DNA of 51,985 nucleotides. Origin: a virus. Its lineage: Duplodnaviria > Caudoviricetes. Of the stretch, positions 1 to 8,524 are shown one piece after another; positions within the stretch are counted from its first letter, which is position 1, and each line of letters starts with the position of its first letter. Both the position numbers and the translations under genes were made by a program. The DNA lies in IMG/VR virus record IMGVR_UViG_3300037463_000009, positions 1 to 51,985 of that record, one strand, 5' to 3'. Below the pieces are notes generated by a model, which saw only the letters and a program-made list of their open reading frames with translations, was not told the DNA's origin and made no database searches.

Positions 1-127
1 TAAATGCTTACGATCCTCCGTATATCACGAAAGAAACGCAGATCGCACGATCGATCCGGGAGACAGAAGCGGGGAAAGCTGCCTGGATCGAGTGGAAAAA
101 ACAACGCTCAGCCGATGCTGAGCGAAA
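1..127. repeat. Terminal direct repeat, copy 1 (127 bp; probable circular assembly overlap)
   Basis: 1-127 is identical to 51859-51985; 127 is a common assembler k-mer. Confidence 0.95.
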
Positions 128-143
128 GGAAGACGTTAGTTAA
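3..143 (+). pseudogene. 3' half of a LexA-like wHTH regulator gene split by IS5
   Basis: Removing the IS and one TAA joins 50833-50983 to this segment in frame: ...VGRLL-NAYDPPYITKETQIARSIRETEAGK...EDVS* (96 aa total). Confidence 0.85.
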
Positions 144-148
144 ATCAC

Positions 149-204
149 TGCGGCTTAGCGTTGCTCACCGGGGCCAACCGGGTCATTGCGCAGCTAAGCC
201 GTAG
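149..204 (+). other. Long intergenic stem-loop upstream of rep
   Basis: CTGCGGCTTAGC ... GCTAAGCCGTAG inverted repeat. Confidence 0.55.
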
Positions 205-222
205 AGAAAGGAATTAGAACAC

Positions 223-306
223 ATGCATCGTACCACATCGCGTGGGGCCTACGCAAGCCCCCAGCCAAGTCGTCTCACTATCTGCGTAGGAGGTGGGTCA
301 TGCTAG
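223..306 (+). CDS. Putative 27-aa leader peptide overlapping the rep start
   Basis: AAGGA SD, ATG at 223, MHRTTSRGAYASPQPSRLTICVGGGSC*; stop overlaps the first rep codons. Confidence 0.45.
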   Translation: MHRTTSRGAYASPQPSRLTICVGGGSC

Positions 307-1238
307 CCAGCTTACCCGCCGATCCTGAGACGCGCACACAGATAATCACCGCCGCGTATCGCGCTGGGGATGCCGCGCGCGACGCCGGGCGGATTAGCCC
401 CAAAGCCCACATGCTCTATGAGTGGTGCCTGCGCCTGACACACGAGCACACGTACATTTTTGCCGGACTGTCGAAGCTCGCCGAGCTGATCGGCTGCTGC
501 GCCAAAAGCATCCAGCGCCGTTTCGACGAGCTGGTTACCGCTGGCCTGGTGTGGCGCAAGCGCCGGATCAATCGCTCCTGGCTGACGTATATTACGGCCC
601 TCGCTGGACCGCCGCCCCAACAGGTCGTTTTTTTTGACGACGCGGGAGTCCTCACCGAGAGGACAGAAGAGTCCTCACCACCTATTAACCAGAATCAGGA
701 TCTAGGTGGTGGTAGCGCTACTCCTGCGGAATTGGATTCCGAAACGGGGGAACAGGACGATCCAGAACCAAGAACTCAGAACAAAGAACCAAGAATCGAA
801 GATCGCGAGATCTTGCATCCTTCCGCCGCCGCGCCCGCTGCCGAGCAGCCCGAAAAAAATATTGTTGATCCCGTCGCCGTTGCCGAGCTGCGCAGCGCTG
901 GACTCGGTCATGAGCGGACGATTCTTGACCTGGCCGCGCGTCCGCTCAGGACGATCCGTAGCGCTATTGCCGTGCAGAAGCGCGAAGGCAAAGGCGCTGG
1001 CTACACCGTGTTCCTACTGACCAACCCGGCTATTCTTGCCCAGAAGGAGGCGCTCTATGTCAACCAGCAGCAGCGGACTACAACCAATCGGCGACCTGAT
1101 CAGCGACCTGGCGACACGCGCAAACCGTGGGCAGATGTCGGGCCTAGCCGCGATCTCGACGGAACTATCCCCGAGCAACCCGCCGAGCGCGTCAAGCCCT
1201 GGGCACATGTCGGACCCAGTCGTGACCTTGACCTCTAG
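300..1238 (+). CDS. Replication initiator protein (N-terminal HTH)
   Basis: LSKLAELIGCCAKSIQRRFDELVTAGLV HTH; AGGAGG SD; directly upstream of a DnaC-like ATPase. Confidence 0.75.
   Translation: MLASLPADPETRTQIITAAYRAGDAARDAGRISPKAHMLYEWCLRLTHEHTYIFAGLSKLAELIGCCAKSIQRRFDELVTAGLVWRKRRINRSWLTYITALAGPPPQQVVFFDDAGVLTERTEESSPPINQNQDLGGGSATPAELDSETGEQDDPEPRTQNKEPRIEDREILHPSAAAPAAEQPEKNIVDPVAVAELRSAGLGHERTILDLAARPLRTIRSAIAVQKREGKGAGYTVFLLTNPAILAQKEALYVNQQQRTTTNRRPDQRPGDTRKPWADVGPSRDLDGTIPEQPAERVKPWAHVGPSRDLDL
763..804 (+). repeat. Six degenerate heptamer tandem repeats (a/c)AGAAC(c) inside rep
   Basis: cagaacc aagaact cagaaca aagaacc aagaatc gaagatc. Confidence 0.75.
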
Positions 1239-2025
1239 CGCGTCCCACCTTGCGCCCCTGTGCCCGCTGTGCAGCCAGCCGAAGCAGCGGATCGTGAGCA
1301 GCGACGGTCGGCGTGCCCTCTGGTCGTGTCCCTGCCAGGATGCGCAGATCGCGGCGGAAGATCAGGCACGCATTGCGCAGGATGCCGCGTACCGCCAGGC
1401 ACAGGCCGAGCGGGTGCTGGGCGATACCGGCCTGCGCTTGATCGAGGACCTGACCTGGGAAACGTTGGACGTGACCAAAAATCAGATCGCCCGCCCGCTG
1501 GAGCAGATTCAGCGCTGGTTTGCCCAGGCGCTGGCCTACGGATCGCAGGCCAGCTACCGCGACCCGGAGAGTCCACCTGCGGCGATCTGGGTGTACTCCG
1601 ATGGGAAAGGTCGGGGCAAGACTCATCTCGCAGCCGGCGCGTTCCATGCGGCACGGCAGGCGCAGAAGCTGGCCTGTTTTATCGAGGAAAACAGCTATCT
1701 CCGGCGGCGCTGGGGCTGTGACTTCGAGGAGGTCGAGCAGGTGGTGAATCTTCCCGCCGATCGGGCGTGGCTGACGGTGATCGACGATCTGGGGCGGCGG
1801 CAGGGCATGAAGAACATGCAGGCGGTTGCCAATGTCTGGTTTGAGGTGTTCAACCAGCGCTGGCTGAAGCGCGGCTGGACGGTGGTGACGAGCAACTACA
1901 CCCCTGAGCAGCTGTTTGATCTGGGCACGCTCGACGACGCGACCTATAGCCGCGTTCGGCAGATGACCAGGGGGTATCTGGTGCGGTGTACGGGCGACGA
2001 TTACCGGCTGGAGGTATCACCATGA
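1057..2025 (+). CDS. DnaC/IstB-like helicase loader ATPase
   Basis: CPLC...CPC Zn motif, Walker A GKGRGKT, Walker B VIDDLG, VVTSN, YSR; AAGGAGG SD. Confidence 0.85.
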   Translation: MSTSSSGLQPIGDLISDLATRANRGQMSGLAAISTELSPSNPPSASSPGHMSDPVVTLTSSASHLAPLCPLCSQPKQRIVSSDGRRALWSCPCQDAQIAAEDQARIAQDAAYRQAQAERVLGDTGLRLIEDLTWETLDVTKNQIARPLEQIQRWFAQALAYGSQASYRDPESPPAAIWVYSDGKGRGKTHLAAGAFHAARQAQKLACFIEENSYLRRRWGCDFEEVEQVVNLPADRAWLTVIDDLGRRQGMKNMQAVANVWFEVFNQRWLKRGWTVVTSNYTPEQLFDLGTLDDATYSRVRQMTRGYLVRCTGDDYRLEVSP

Positions 2026-2558
2026 TCACTGCAATCTATGCCGACGGCGGCGTAATCGGTGCCAGCCGCAGCGAGATCGGCGGCATGTACGCCTGGTGTC
2101 ATGTGGACGCTGCCGACCGTCGCATCGCGCACGACTCGGGCCTGGTACTGCCGCACGAGGTGGACCTGCCGACCGTAACCAATAACCTGACCGAGTTTAT
2201 CGCGCTGCTCCAGGCCATGGAAGCGCTGCCCGCTGGCTGGCGTGGCACGGTACATAGCGATTCGTGGATCACGCTTCAGCGCTTCTTCCGGGGCGCGAAG
2301 CTCAACGGAATTCCGCAGCCGCTGATCACGCGACTGCGTGCGCTTCACCAGCGCTTTGCTATGGCCCAGATGCCCTATGTCCTACTCGACGGCCACCCGA
2401 CTCGTGAGCAGCTCGCGACGGGGATCGGCAAGCGTGGCAATCCGGTATCGCAGCATAACGTCTGGTGCGACCGGGCCTGTGGCAAGGTGGGCCGGGAGTA
2501 TGCGGACGCGCAGCGGCTGGCGCAGCTCACGAGTCAGTATCAGGGTGGTGCGACATGA
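2022..2558 (+). CDS. Ribonuclease HI-like protein
   Basis: YADGG, TNNLTE, HSDS, GH, N..CD acidic catalytic motifs. Confidence 0.85.
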   Translation: MITAIYADGGVIGASRSEIGGMYAWCHVDAADRRIAHDSGLVLPHEVDLPTVTNNLTEFIALLQAMEALPAGWRGTVHSDSWITLQRFFRGAKLNGIPQPLITRLRALHQRFAMAQMPYVLLDGHPTREQLATGIGKRGNPVSQHNVWCDRACGKVGREYADAQRLAQLTSQYQGGAT

Positions 2559-3055
2559 GCCTGACCACGATCGCGCAGCAGATGCGCGCCAAAGCCGAGG
2601 TCGAGGGCACGGCATACCGAGGCCTGCGCAATGGACTTTGTTTGCTGCTCAGCCACCAGGGCGGCGAGTGGACGCTGGCGCTGTGGCGCGTTGATACGCT
2701 GCCATCGGACAACGAGGTCGCGGTTATTCGTCGCGATTTTGACATTCCAGCACACGCCACAGAGAGCGCCCCTGACCAGATTGCCTGGCTCGATGAGCGC
2801 CGTCGCGGCGTAGATGCGCCGATCGTGCTGACGTGGACCGAGCGGCTAGGCCGCGCAACACCGCCGTCGCCACACCAACGGGCGCATCTCGGCAGCTTGA
2901 TTGCCCGTGGCGATCTCGATGGGGCGCGCACCTACGCCACGAACCAGACCGCCCAGGGCGGTACGAATTGGACGCTCTGTCCAGAGTGGCAGCGTTGGGC
3001 GGCGCTTCTCAGCGACGAGCCGCAACTCAGCGTCGTGCAAGCAGCATTGTTGTAA
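2555..3055 (+). CDS. Hypothetical protein
   Basis: ATGA overlap with the upstream gene; in operon. Confidence 0.65.
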   Translation: MSLTTIAQQMRAKAEVEGTAYRGLRNGLCLLLSHQGGEWTLALWRVDTLPSDNEVAVIRRDFDIPAHATESAPDQIAWLDERRRGVDAPIVLTWTERLGRATPPSPHQRAHLGSLIARGDLDGARTYATNQTAQGGTNWTLCPEWQRWAALLSDEPQLSVVQAALL

Positions 3056-3069
3056 TTTTGGAGGACCAT

Positions 3070-5055
3070 ATGACCCAAATGCAAACGCTCCAACTGCCCG
3101 ACGGCTGGGAACTGAAAAGCGGACGTGCGGGCTACCTGGCTCGTCGCATCGCCGACGGCGCGCATACGATCGCTTTTCCGGCCAAGGCCGACGCGATCCA
3201 GGCCGCGCATAACCTGGAGGCAGCCGCAGCAGACCCGAAGGTCGCTGGCATGAGCCAGACAACGGCGAAGATGGCCGCGACGAACAGCATGCCACCGAGT
3301 AGCAGCCCGGTCCTGCCCGATGAACTGCGCCTGGCCGGATGGACGATCGAGAAGGCAGGTCGTGAGCATCGCGATGACTCGACGGTGGAGGCCTGGAAAA
3401 TTGAGAATCGTTCGCTCGGTATTCCCTGGACGGTCCTCTATGCCGGAGTTGATACGGCGATCGAAACTGCACGCAAGCAGCAGGCTGAGAAGATCGGCTA
3501 CATGCGCCCGCTGGAGATGGACGCAAAGCAGACTGTACGCATCGATGAGATCGTGCCCAGCCGCTGGCAGCCGCGCCGCACCTTCGACGAGTCGAGCCTG
3601 GCGGAACTGGCCGAGTCGATCCGTGAGCATGGCATCCTGAATCCGCTCCAAGTGATCTACAACGAGCGCTGTGAGTATGAGCTGATCGCCGGTGAGCGGC
3701 GGCTGCGCGCGGCCACCATGCTTGGCCTTGAAACTGTGCCGGTCGAAGTGAAAGAGTACACGCCGCGCCAGTGCCAGGAGATCGCGATCATTGACAATTT
3801 GCAGAGAGAGCAGTTGTCGGACATCGACGAGGGCTATGCCTATGAGCGCTTGATCGTCGAGCTGGGCATCAGCGAAAACGAGCTGGCGAAGCGCCTGGGT
3901 AAAAATAGGTCGTACATTCAGCAGCGCCGGGCACTCGCCAGGTCCGCGCCGGAGGTGCAGCAGGCGCTGGCCGAGGGCAAGCTCACGCTCAGCCAGGCGC
4001 GGGCGATTGCACAGGCTGCGCCGGGCGACCACAAGAGCCAGCAGAAAGCGCTGAAGGAGATCCAGCAAAAAATCGGGTACGGTCAGACGATCACCGAAGC
4101 GCGAGCGCGCGAGATGACCGAGGCCGAGGTGCGCAAGCGCGTCAAAAAGGATCTTGAAGCGCTCGGCTGGAAGGTCGAGGGCCAGCTCGTTTGGTCTGCC
4201 GGGGAGCGGCCACAAACTTGGACCGGCGGCGAGATGTTGGCGGCTGTCCAGGAGCAGCGACGGCCCGCTGGTCAGGCAGTCCAGGCAGTCCAGTTAACCA
4301 GCGAACAGCGGACGGCCATCAAGCTACGCTACAACATCGTCAGCGGGAATGACTACGATCCCTGGATCAAAATCAATGAAGAATGGACGACTCAGAGCGT
4401 GTGCTATCTCGCACCGGCGGAACTGGTCGAGCTAGCCGCTGAGATGGAGCAGGCCTGGACAGCGCTGCAAGCGCGGTATCAGGCGGCAGGTTGGACGGTC
4501 GAGCACCAGAACAATGATTACTTTGTTGCCGTCTCTCCGAAGGGTCGCCGGGAGTCCTGCCATAGCTGGGCGAAGGCGGTCGCGACTATCGAGGAGATCG
4601 AGGCGGGGAAACTTTCGCCGGAAAAGCCGAAGGAACCGGAGTACAAGCCCTCGAAGCAAAAGTGCTGCCGGTGCAACAAGATGGTCAGCCAGTGGCGCTA
4701 CCGCAGTTCTGGCACCTACTGCCTGCCGTGTAACGATGCACGCGAGGCCGAGATTGCTGCCGAGCGCGCAGCGGTGCGTGAGCGGGTTGTGCAGCTCGTC
4801 GGGACGAGTCTCGACGCCGTGCCGGTTGATGTGCTGCGGCTCCTGACGTTCATCGCCGGTCCGAACTATCTGGATCGACTCATCGGTACGGGCTACATCG
4901 AGCCAGAGGAGAAGGGGCGGCGCTTCCAGGCGGCAGACGAGGCGCTGCTGCGCGAGACGCTGATCGACGCGATGGCCGCAAAGGTGTATCGCTCGGAGGT
5001 GGTCGTTGTGCCGCAGCTCGTCGAGGCTGAGCAGCCCCAGGAGTCAACAGCGTGA
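3070..5055 (+). CDS. parB: ParB/Spo0J family protein with long N- and C-terminal extensions
   Basis: QPRRTF, LAESIREHGILNPL, IAGERRLRA, IIDNLQREQL, HTH ELAKRLGKNRSYI; C-terminal CxxC...CxxC. Confidence 0.9.
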   Translation: MTQMQTLQLPDGWELKSGRAGYLARRIADGAHTIAFPAKADAIQAAHNLEAAAADPKVAGMSQTTAKMAATNSMPPSSSPVLPDELRLAGWTIEKAGREHRDDSTVEAWKIENRSLGIPWTVLYAGVDTAIETARKQQAEKIGYMRPLEMDAKQTVRIDEIVPSRWQPRRTFDESSLAELAESIREHGILNPLQVIYNERCEYELIAGERRLRAATMLGLETVPVEVKEYTPRQCQEIAIIDNLQREQLSDIDEGYAYERLIVELGISENELAKRLGKNRSYIQQRRALARSAPEVQQALAEGKLTLSQARAIAQAAPGDHKSQQKALKEIQQKIGYGQTITEARAREMTEAEVRKRVKKDLEALGWKVEGQLVWSAGERPQTWTGGEMLAAVQEQRRPAGQAVQAVQLTSEQRTAIKLRYNIVSGNDYDPWIKINEEWTTQSVCYLAPAELVELAAEMEQAWTALQARYQAAGWTVEHQNNDYFVAVSPKGRRESCHSWAKAVATIEEIEAGKLSPEKPKEPEYKPSKQKCCRCNKMVSQWRYRSSGTYCLPCNDAREAEIAAERAAVRERVVQLVGTSLDAVPVDVLRLLTFIAGPNYLDRLIGTGYIEPEEKGRRFQAADEALLRETLIDAMAAKVYRSEVVVVPQLVEAEQPQESTA

Positions 5056-5195
5056 ATACCTTTCTCGCCTATGCCGCAGTAGGCCGTTGCCGCCTGGCGC
5101 AGCTCGGCCTCGACACCAGGACGCTCGATTGGTATGACCTGGCGGTTATTCGGCTCGCCGAGGTGCTGAGCTGAAGTTGAGAGGAGGCACCCCCC

Positions 5196-5462
5196 ATGGA
5201 CTGGGAACAACTCGCCCGACAGTACCGCGAACGAGTCGTCATGCTCCAAAACATCAACCAGAATGGCTGGGAGACAATCCAGCGTCTCCTGGTGATCATC
5301 CAAAACGTTGACCGCTACCGCGCGCTCCTGGAGTCACGGGTCGCGCTCCTGGAGTCACAGATGGCACTGCTCCGCGCGGCCATGGTGTGGCATAGCGGGA
5401 CCGATCCGGATGACCTGCTGCGCGACTACGAGTCGGTGAAAGGAGGTCGTAGCGATGCGTGA
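5196..5462 (+). CDS. Hypothetical coiled-coil protein
   Basis: AGGAGG SD; 21-bp-period internal duplication encoding ALLES twice. Confidence 0.7.
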   Translation: MDWEQLARQYRERVVMLQNINQNGWETIQRLLVIIQNVDRYRALLESRVALLESQMALLRAAMVWHSGTDPDDLLRDYESVKGGRSDA

Positions 5463-5644
5463 GTTGTTGTACTGGATTGGCGACCGGATTGGCCGTCGTC
5501 GCTGGCGGCGCTATACGAGGTTTTTGCTGTGGTAGTGTCTATTTTGTTGGCCCGTGCGGCAATCGTGCGGGAGTTGGGGCGGCGGGTGTATCTGCCGCCC
5601 GTCATGGTTTGTCGGGTGCGGTAGGTTGATAGACAGGAGAACAT

Positions 5645-5924
5645 ATGGCGCTTGTCGAGTATCAGGTTTTTTGGATGTTTACTCTGTCCAGAGGATAAGG
5701 ACGGGTATGTCGGCTTTGAGACCGATGATCCAAAGGTCATGTCGGCTCACCTGAAGGACCAGCATGAGATCACCGGCCCGTATCGCCGCACGCTCACCAT
5801 GGCGCTGGATATGGCGCGTGGTGCGTACCAGAACAATTATCAGTGGTTTCAAAAAGACGGCGAAACGGCCATCCTGGCGCAGCAATGCGGGAAGGTTTGG
5901 CAGAAGGACGCAAAGCGGGCTTGA
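5645..5924 (+). CDS. Hypothetical CxxC/HxxxH protein, possibly frameshifted at a T6 tract
   Basis: SD-backed ATG at 5645 is out of frame with the ORF body (5652-5924). Confidence 0.5.
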
Positions 5925-5949
5925 GCTGTATCGCAGAAAGGATACACCT

Positions 5950-6282
5950 ATGACCAAAGGACGCGATGTACCACCACGACAGGAAACTGCCGAGCAGGCG
6001 CAGCAGCGCTAGATGCACCACGCGCACCGAGTTCAGGCCGGTGTGGCAATGATTCAGCAACTCGATCCGAGTAATGGATCTCCCAAACACCTACGGGTCG
6101 GCGTTAACACCGGCAAAGTCGAACATGGGGCACTCGTCGATCTGCTGGTGCGCAAGGGAATCATTACCAGTGAGGAGTATCTGACCGAACTCGCGGATGC
6201 CATGGAGCGCGAGGCAGATCGGTATGAAGCGGAGCTGTCGCAGAAACTCGGTGGAGACATAAAACTCGGGTCACTGTATTGA
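5950..6282 (+). CDS. Hypothetical protein with an in-frame TAG at 6010-6012
   Basis: AAAGGA SD before ATG 5950; frame continues after the TAG into ORF 6013-6282. Confidence 0.55.
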
Positions 6283-6291
6283 CGGCTCTGC

Positions 6292-6365
6292 TATACTGCA
6301 AGCAGTCGTATGGTAGGTCGCGGCCCGGCTGTTGGAGCAGCCAGGCCAGGACAGTCGACCTACCA
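6292..6365 (+). promoter_or_regulatory. Extended -10 promoter followed by a leader hairpin
   Basis: TGcTATACT, then TGGTAGGTCG...CGACCTACCA stem. Confidence 0.45.
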
Positions 6366-6401
6366 GCAAAAGCATAGCACACATGATGGAAGGACAGCAT
6401 C

Positions 6402-7055
6402 ATGCAAAATCCTCGCTTTGAAGACGTGTTGGTCGTCGATGGATCGGCGGCGGCGTCTGTCCCAGTCCTCTCCCCACCTGTGACACCAGAAACGATCACG
6501 CGGCCAGTACCGACCGAGCGCACGCCTCGAAAGCGGCAAAAGCGCATCACCCTTCCTACTTGGCTGAGCCAATTCATCGAGCAAGTGATCACCACTATCG
6601 CCTTGCTTGCGGTCGTGGGCATCATTGCCTTCGCCTGGTATCTCGGCGCGTTCTTTACCATTCAGTTTTTTGACCGTCTGACGTTTCTCGCGTCGCTCGG
6701 GCTGAATGTTGCGGCCCTCGGAATCTGGCGCTGGTGCATTCCCGTGGCGATCACGGCGATCGAGGTGGCGTTCTGGCCGCGTCGTCAGCGTGCGTGGCGA
6801 CATGTGGCGTTTGTTGGTACGCTCCTCTTTGACGTTGGCACCACATGCACCGGGCTGATCTTACTTGGTCTTGCGGGTGCCACCATTCCACTCTTTGGAG
6901 GCTTTGAGCTACCGACAGCACGTGAGCCGTTGATCGTCGTGGGTATTGTCTTCGGCTTAATCTTCGCGCTCGGGCCGGAGAAGGGTTTGCGCTGGGTCTG
7001 GGCTGAGTTTTGTCAGACCTGGAAGATCGGCGTGAAGGTAGGGAGTGCAGCATGA
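6402..7055 (+). CDS. Multi-pass membrane protein
   Basis: About 4-5 hydrophobic segments; ATGA overlap with the FtsK-like gene. Confidence 0.8.
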   Translation: MQNPRFEDVLVVDGSAAASVPVLSPPVTPETITRPVPTERTPRKRQKRITLPTWLSQFIEQVITTIALLAVVGIIAFAWYLGAFFTIQFFDRLTFLASLGLNVAALGIWRWCIPVAITAIEVAFWPRRQRAWRHVAFVGTLLFDVGTTCTGLILLGLAGATIPLFGGFELPTAREPLIVVGIVFGLIFALGPEKGLRWVWAEFCQTWKIGVKVGSAA

Positions 7056-8455
7056 ACGAACTGTGGCTCGTGACTGCGCTGATCGGCGTCATGCTACTGG
7101 TAGGCTTGGTGTACCTCGTGAAACTGCCGCGCCGGGCGCTGGCGTTGTGGGGAGATTGGCAAGCGTTTCAAGCATGGCGTGCTATGCAGCCTGCACCACA
7201 ACCGAAGGCAGTCGAACAGCCTCGACCAATGGCCGATCTCTCGCATGTGTCACTTGCCACGGTTTCTGGTGCTGGCGATGCACTGGAGCAGCCGCCCAGT
7301 CTCGCATTGACCATCAGCCATATGCGTCAGCGTGAGCGCGCACGTGGCCGTACCACCAAGGCGCTAATCCCGTTTGGCTGGAATACGTATCAGGGTAAGC
7401 CAGCGCTGACCTACACCGACCTGTACACCGAAAACTACACGCTCGGGATCGCTGGGCCGACGCGCCACGGCAAGAGTCGTCTGGTGTTCCAGATCCTGCG
7501 CTCACTGGCCGACGAGCTGACGCCCAAGCAGCTCCAGTGGTGCCTGTTTGACCTAAAAGAAGTAGACTTCGCGGATCTTGCGGGCAAGGCCCACACCTGG
7601 CGACTCGTGCAGAAGGCTGACCAGATTCCGGCAGCGATTGAGGCGATCAACGCTGAGATCGAGCGCCGAGCTGAGAAGCTGAAGGCTGCGCGGGTCACGG
7701 ACTGGACTGACTATCCCGGCGACGATCTGCCGCTCTTTGTGGTGTATGTCTCCGAGCTGGCCGTGATGCGTCTGGTGATGACGCCGAATAAGCTCGACTT
7801 GTGGCTGAATGATCTGCTTGGTCGAGCGGCTGGCTATGGCATTCGGACGATCGTCGACACCCAGAACTTCGGCACCTATGGCACCCACTGGCGGGAACAG
7901 ATTAAGACGATGATCGTCGGGCCCATGACGAGCGGCACCCAAGACCGGCCAAACACGGGCCTAACCACCGACGAGATCATCAAAGCCGGCGCGATCCCAC
8001 CGTCGCAGCTTCCTCCAGCAAAAGGTGTGTTTACGGCGATTTCCGGCACACATGCGATCACCATTCGCACCGTCTCGATGTCGAATGCCGAGCGCTTGCA
8101 GTGGATCGACTCGCTGCCGGATGCGGTGAAACAGCCTGAAATCCGTGAAATCTTTGAAACACGTTTCATCGCATCTGAAAAGCCTGAAACGAGTTTCAAC
8201 GGTTTCAGCGCAGCGGCCCAGGAGGCCCAAAAGCAGCCGGAACTGGTCACTCCTGAAACGATCGCGCTCGTGAAAAAACTGCGCAATGAGGGCAAGGGCA
8301 AGACGGCGATCATTGAGCAGGTGTGGGACGCGCGGCCAGGCGGCACCGACAAGTATAAGCAGGCGAGTGCTGCCTATGACGCGATTATCAAAAGGCTGGA
8401 CAGCCCACCCGAAACGTCACACGGGTCACTCGCTGGGGTTGCCCAAGCCGCCTAA
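7052..8455 (+). CDS. Membrane-anchored FtsK/SpoIIIE/TraB-like ATPase
   Basis: N-terminal TM; IAGPTRHGKS Walker A; LFDLK; EIERR; VVYVSELA (atypical Walker B); GIRTIVDTQ; C-terminal HTH-like segment. Confidence 0.8.
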   Translation: MNELWLVTALIGVMLLVGLVYLVKLPRRALALWGDWQAFQAWRAMQPAPQPKAVEQPRPMADLSHVSLATVSGAGDALEQPPSLALTISHMRQRERARGRTTKALIPFGWNTYQGKPALTYTDLYTENYTLGIAGPTRHGKSRLVFQILRSLADELTPKQLQWCLFDLKEVDFADLAGKAHTWRLVQKADQIPAAIEAINAEIERRAEKLKAARVTDWTDYPGDDLPLFVVYVSELAVMRLVMTPNKLDLWLNDLLGRAAGYGIRTIVDTQNFGTYGTHWREQIKTMIVGPMTSGTQDRPNTGLTTDEIIKAGAIPPSQLPPAKGVFTAISGTHAITIRTVSMSNAERLQWIDSLPDAVKQPEIREIFETRFIASEKPETSFNGFSAAAQEAQKQPELVTPETIALVKKLRNEGKGKTAIIEQVWDARPGGTDKYKQASAAYDAIIKRLDSPPETSHGSLAGVAQAA

Positions 8456-8474
8456 CTGGCTACCTGGTAGCAAC

Positions 8475-8509
8475 ACAAACGCCGCGATCATCTCGATCGC
8501 GGCGTTTGT
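8475..8509. terminator. Bidirectional terminator between the convergent early and late operons
   Basis: 15-bp perfect stem ACAAACGCCGCGATC / GATCGCGGCGTTTGT. Confidence 0.85.
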
Positions 8510-8524
8510 TGATTCTTGGCTGAC

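Noticed and set aside
1-127. Physical terminal repeats of the virion DNA
   Set aside because: Exactly 127 bp and starting mid-gene at an IS end, as expected for an assembler overlap
5950-6282. Alternative genetic code (TAG reassignment)
   Set aside because: Many genes end cleanly at TAG and long genes are uninterrupted
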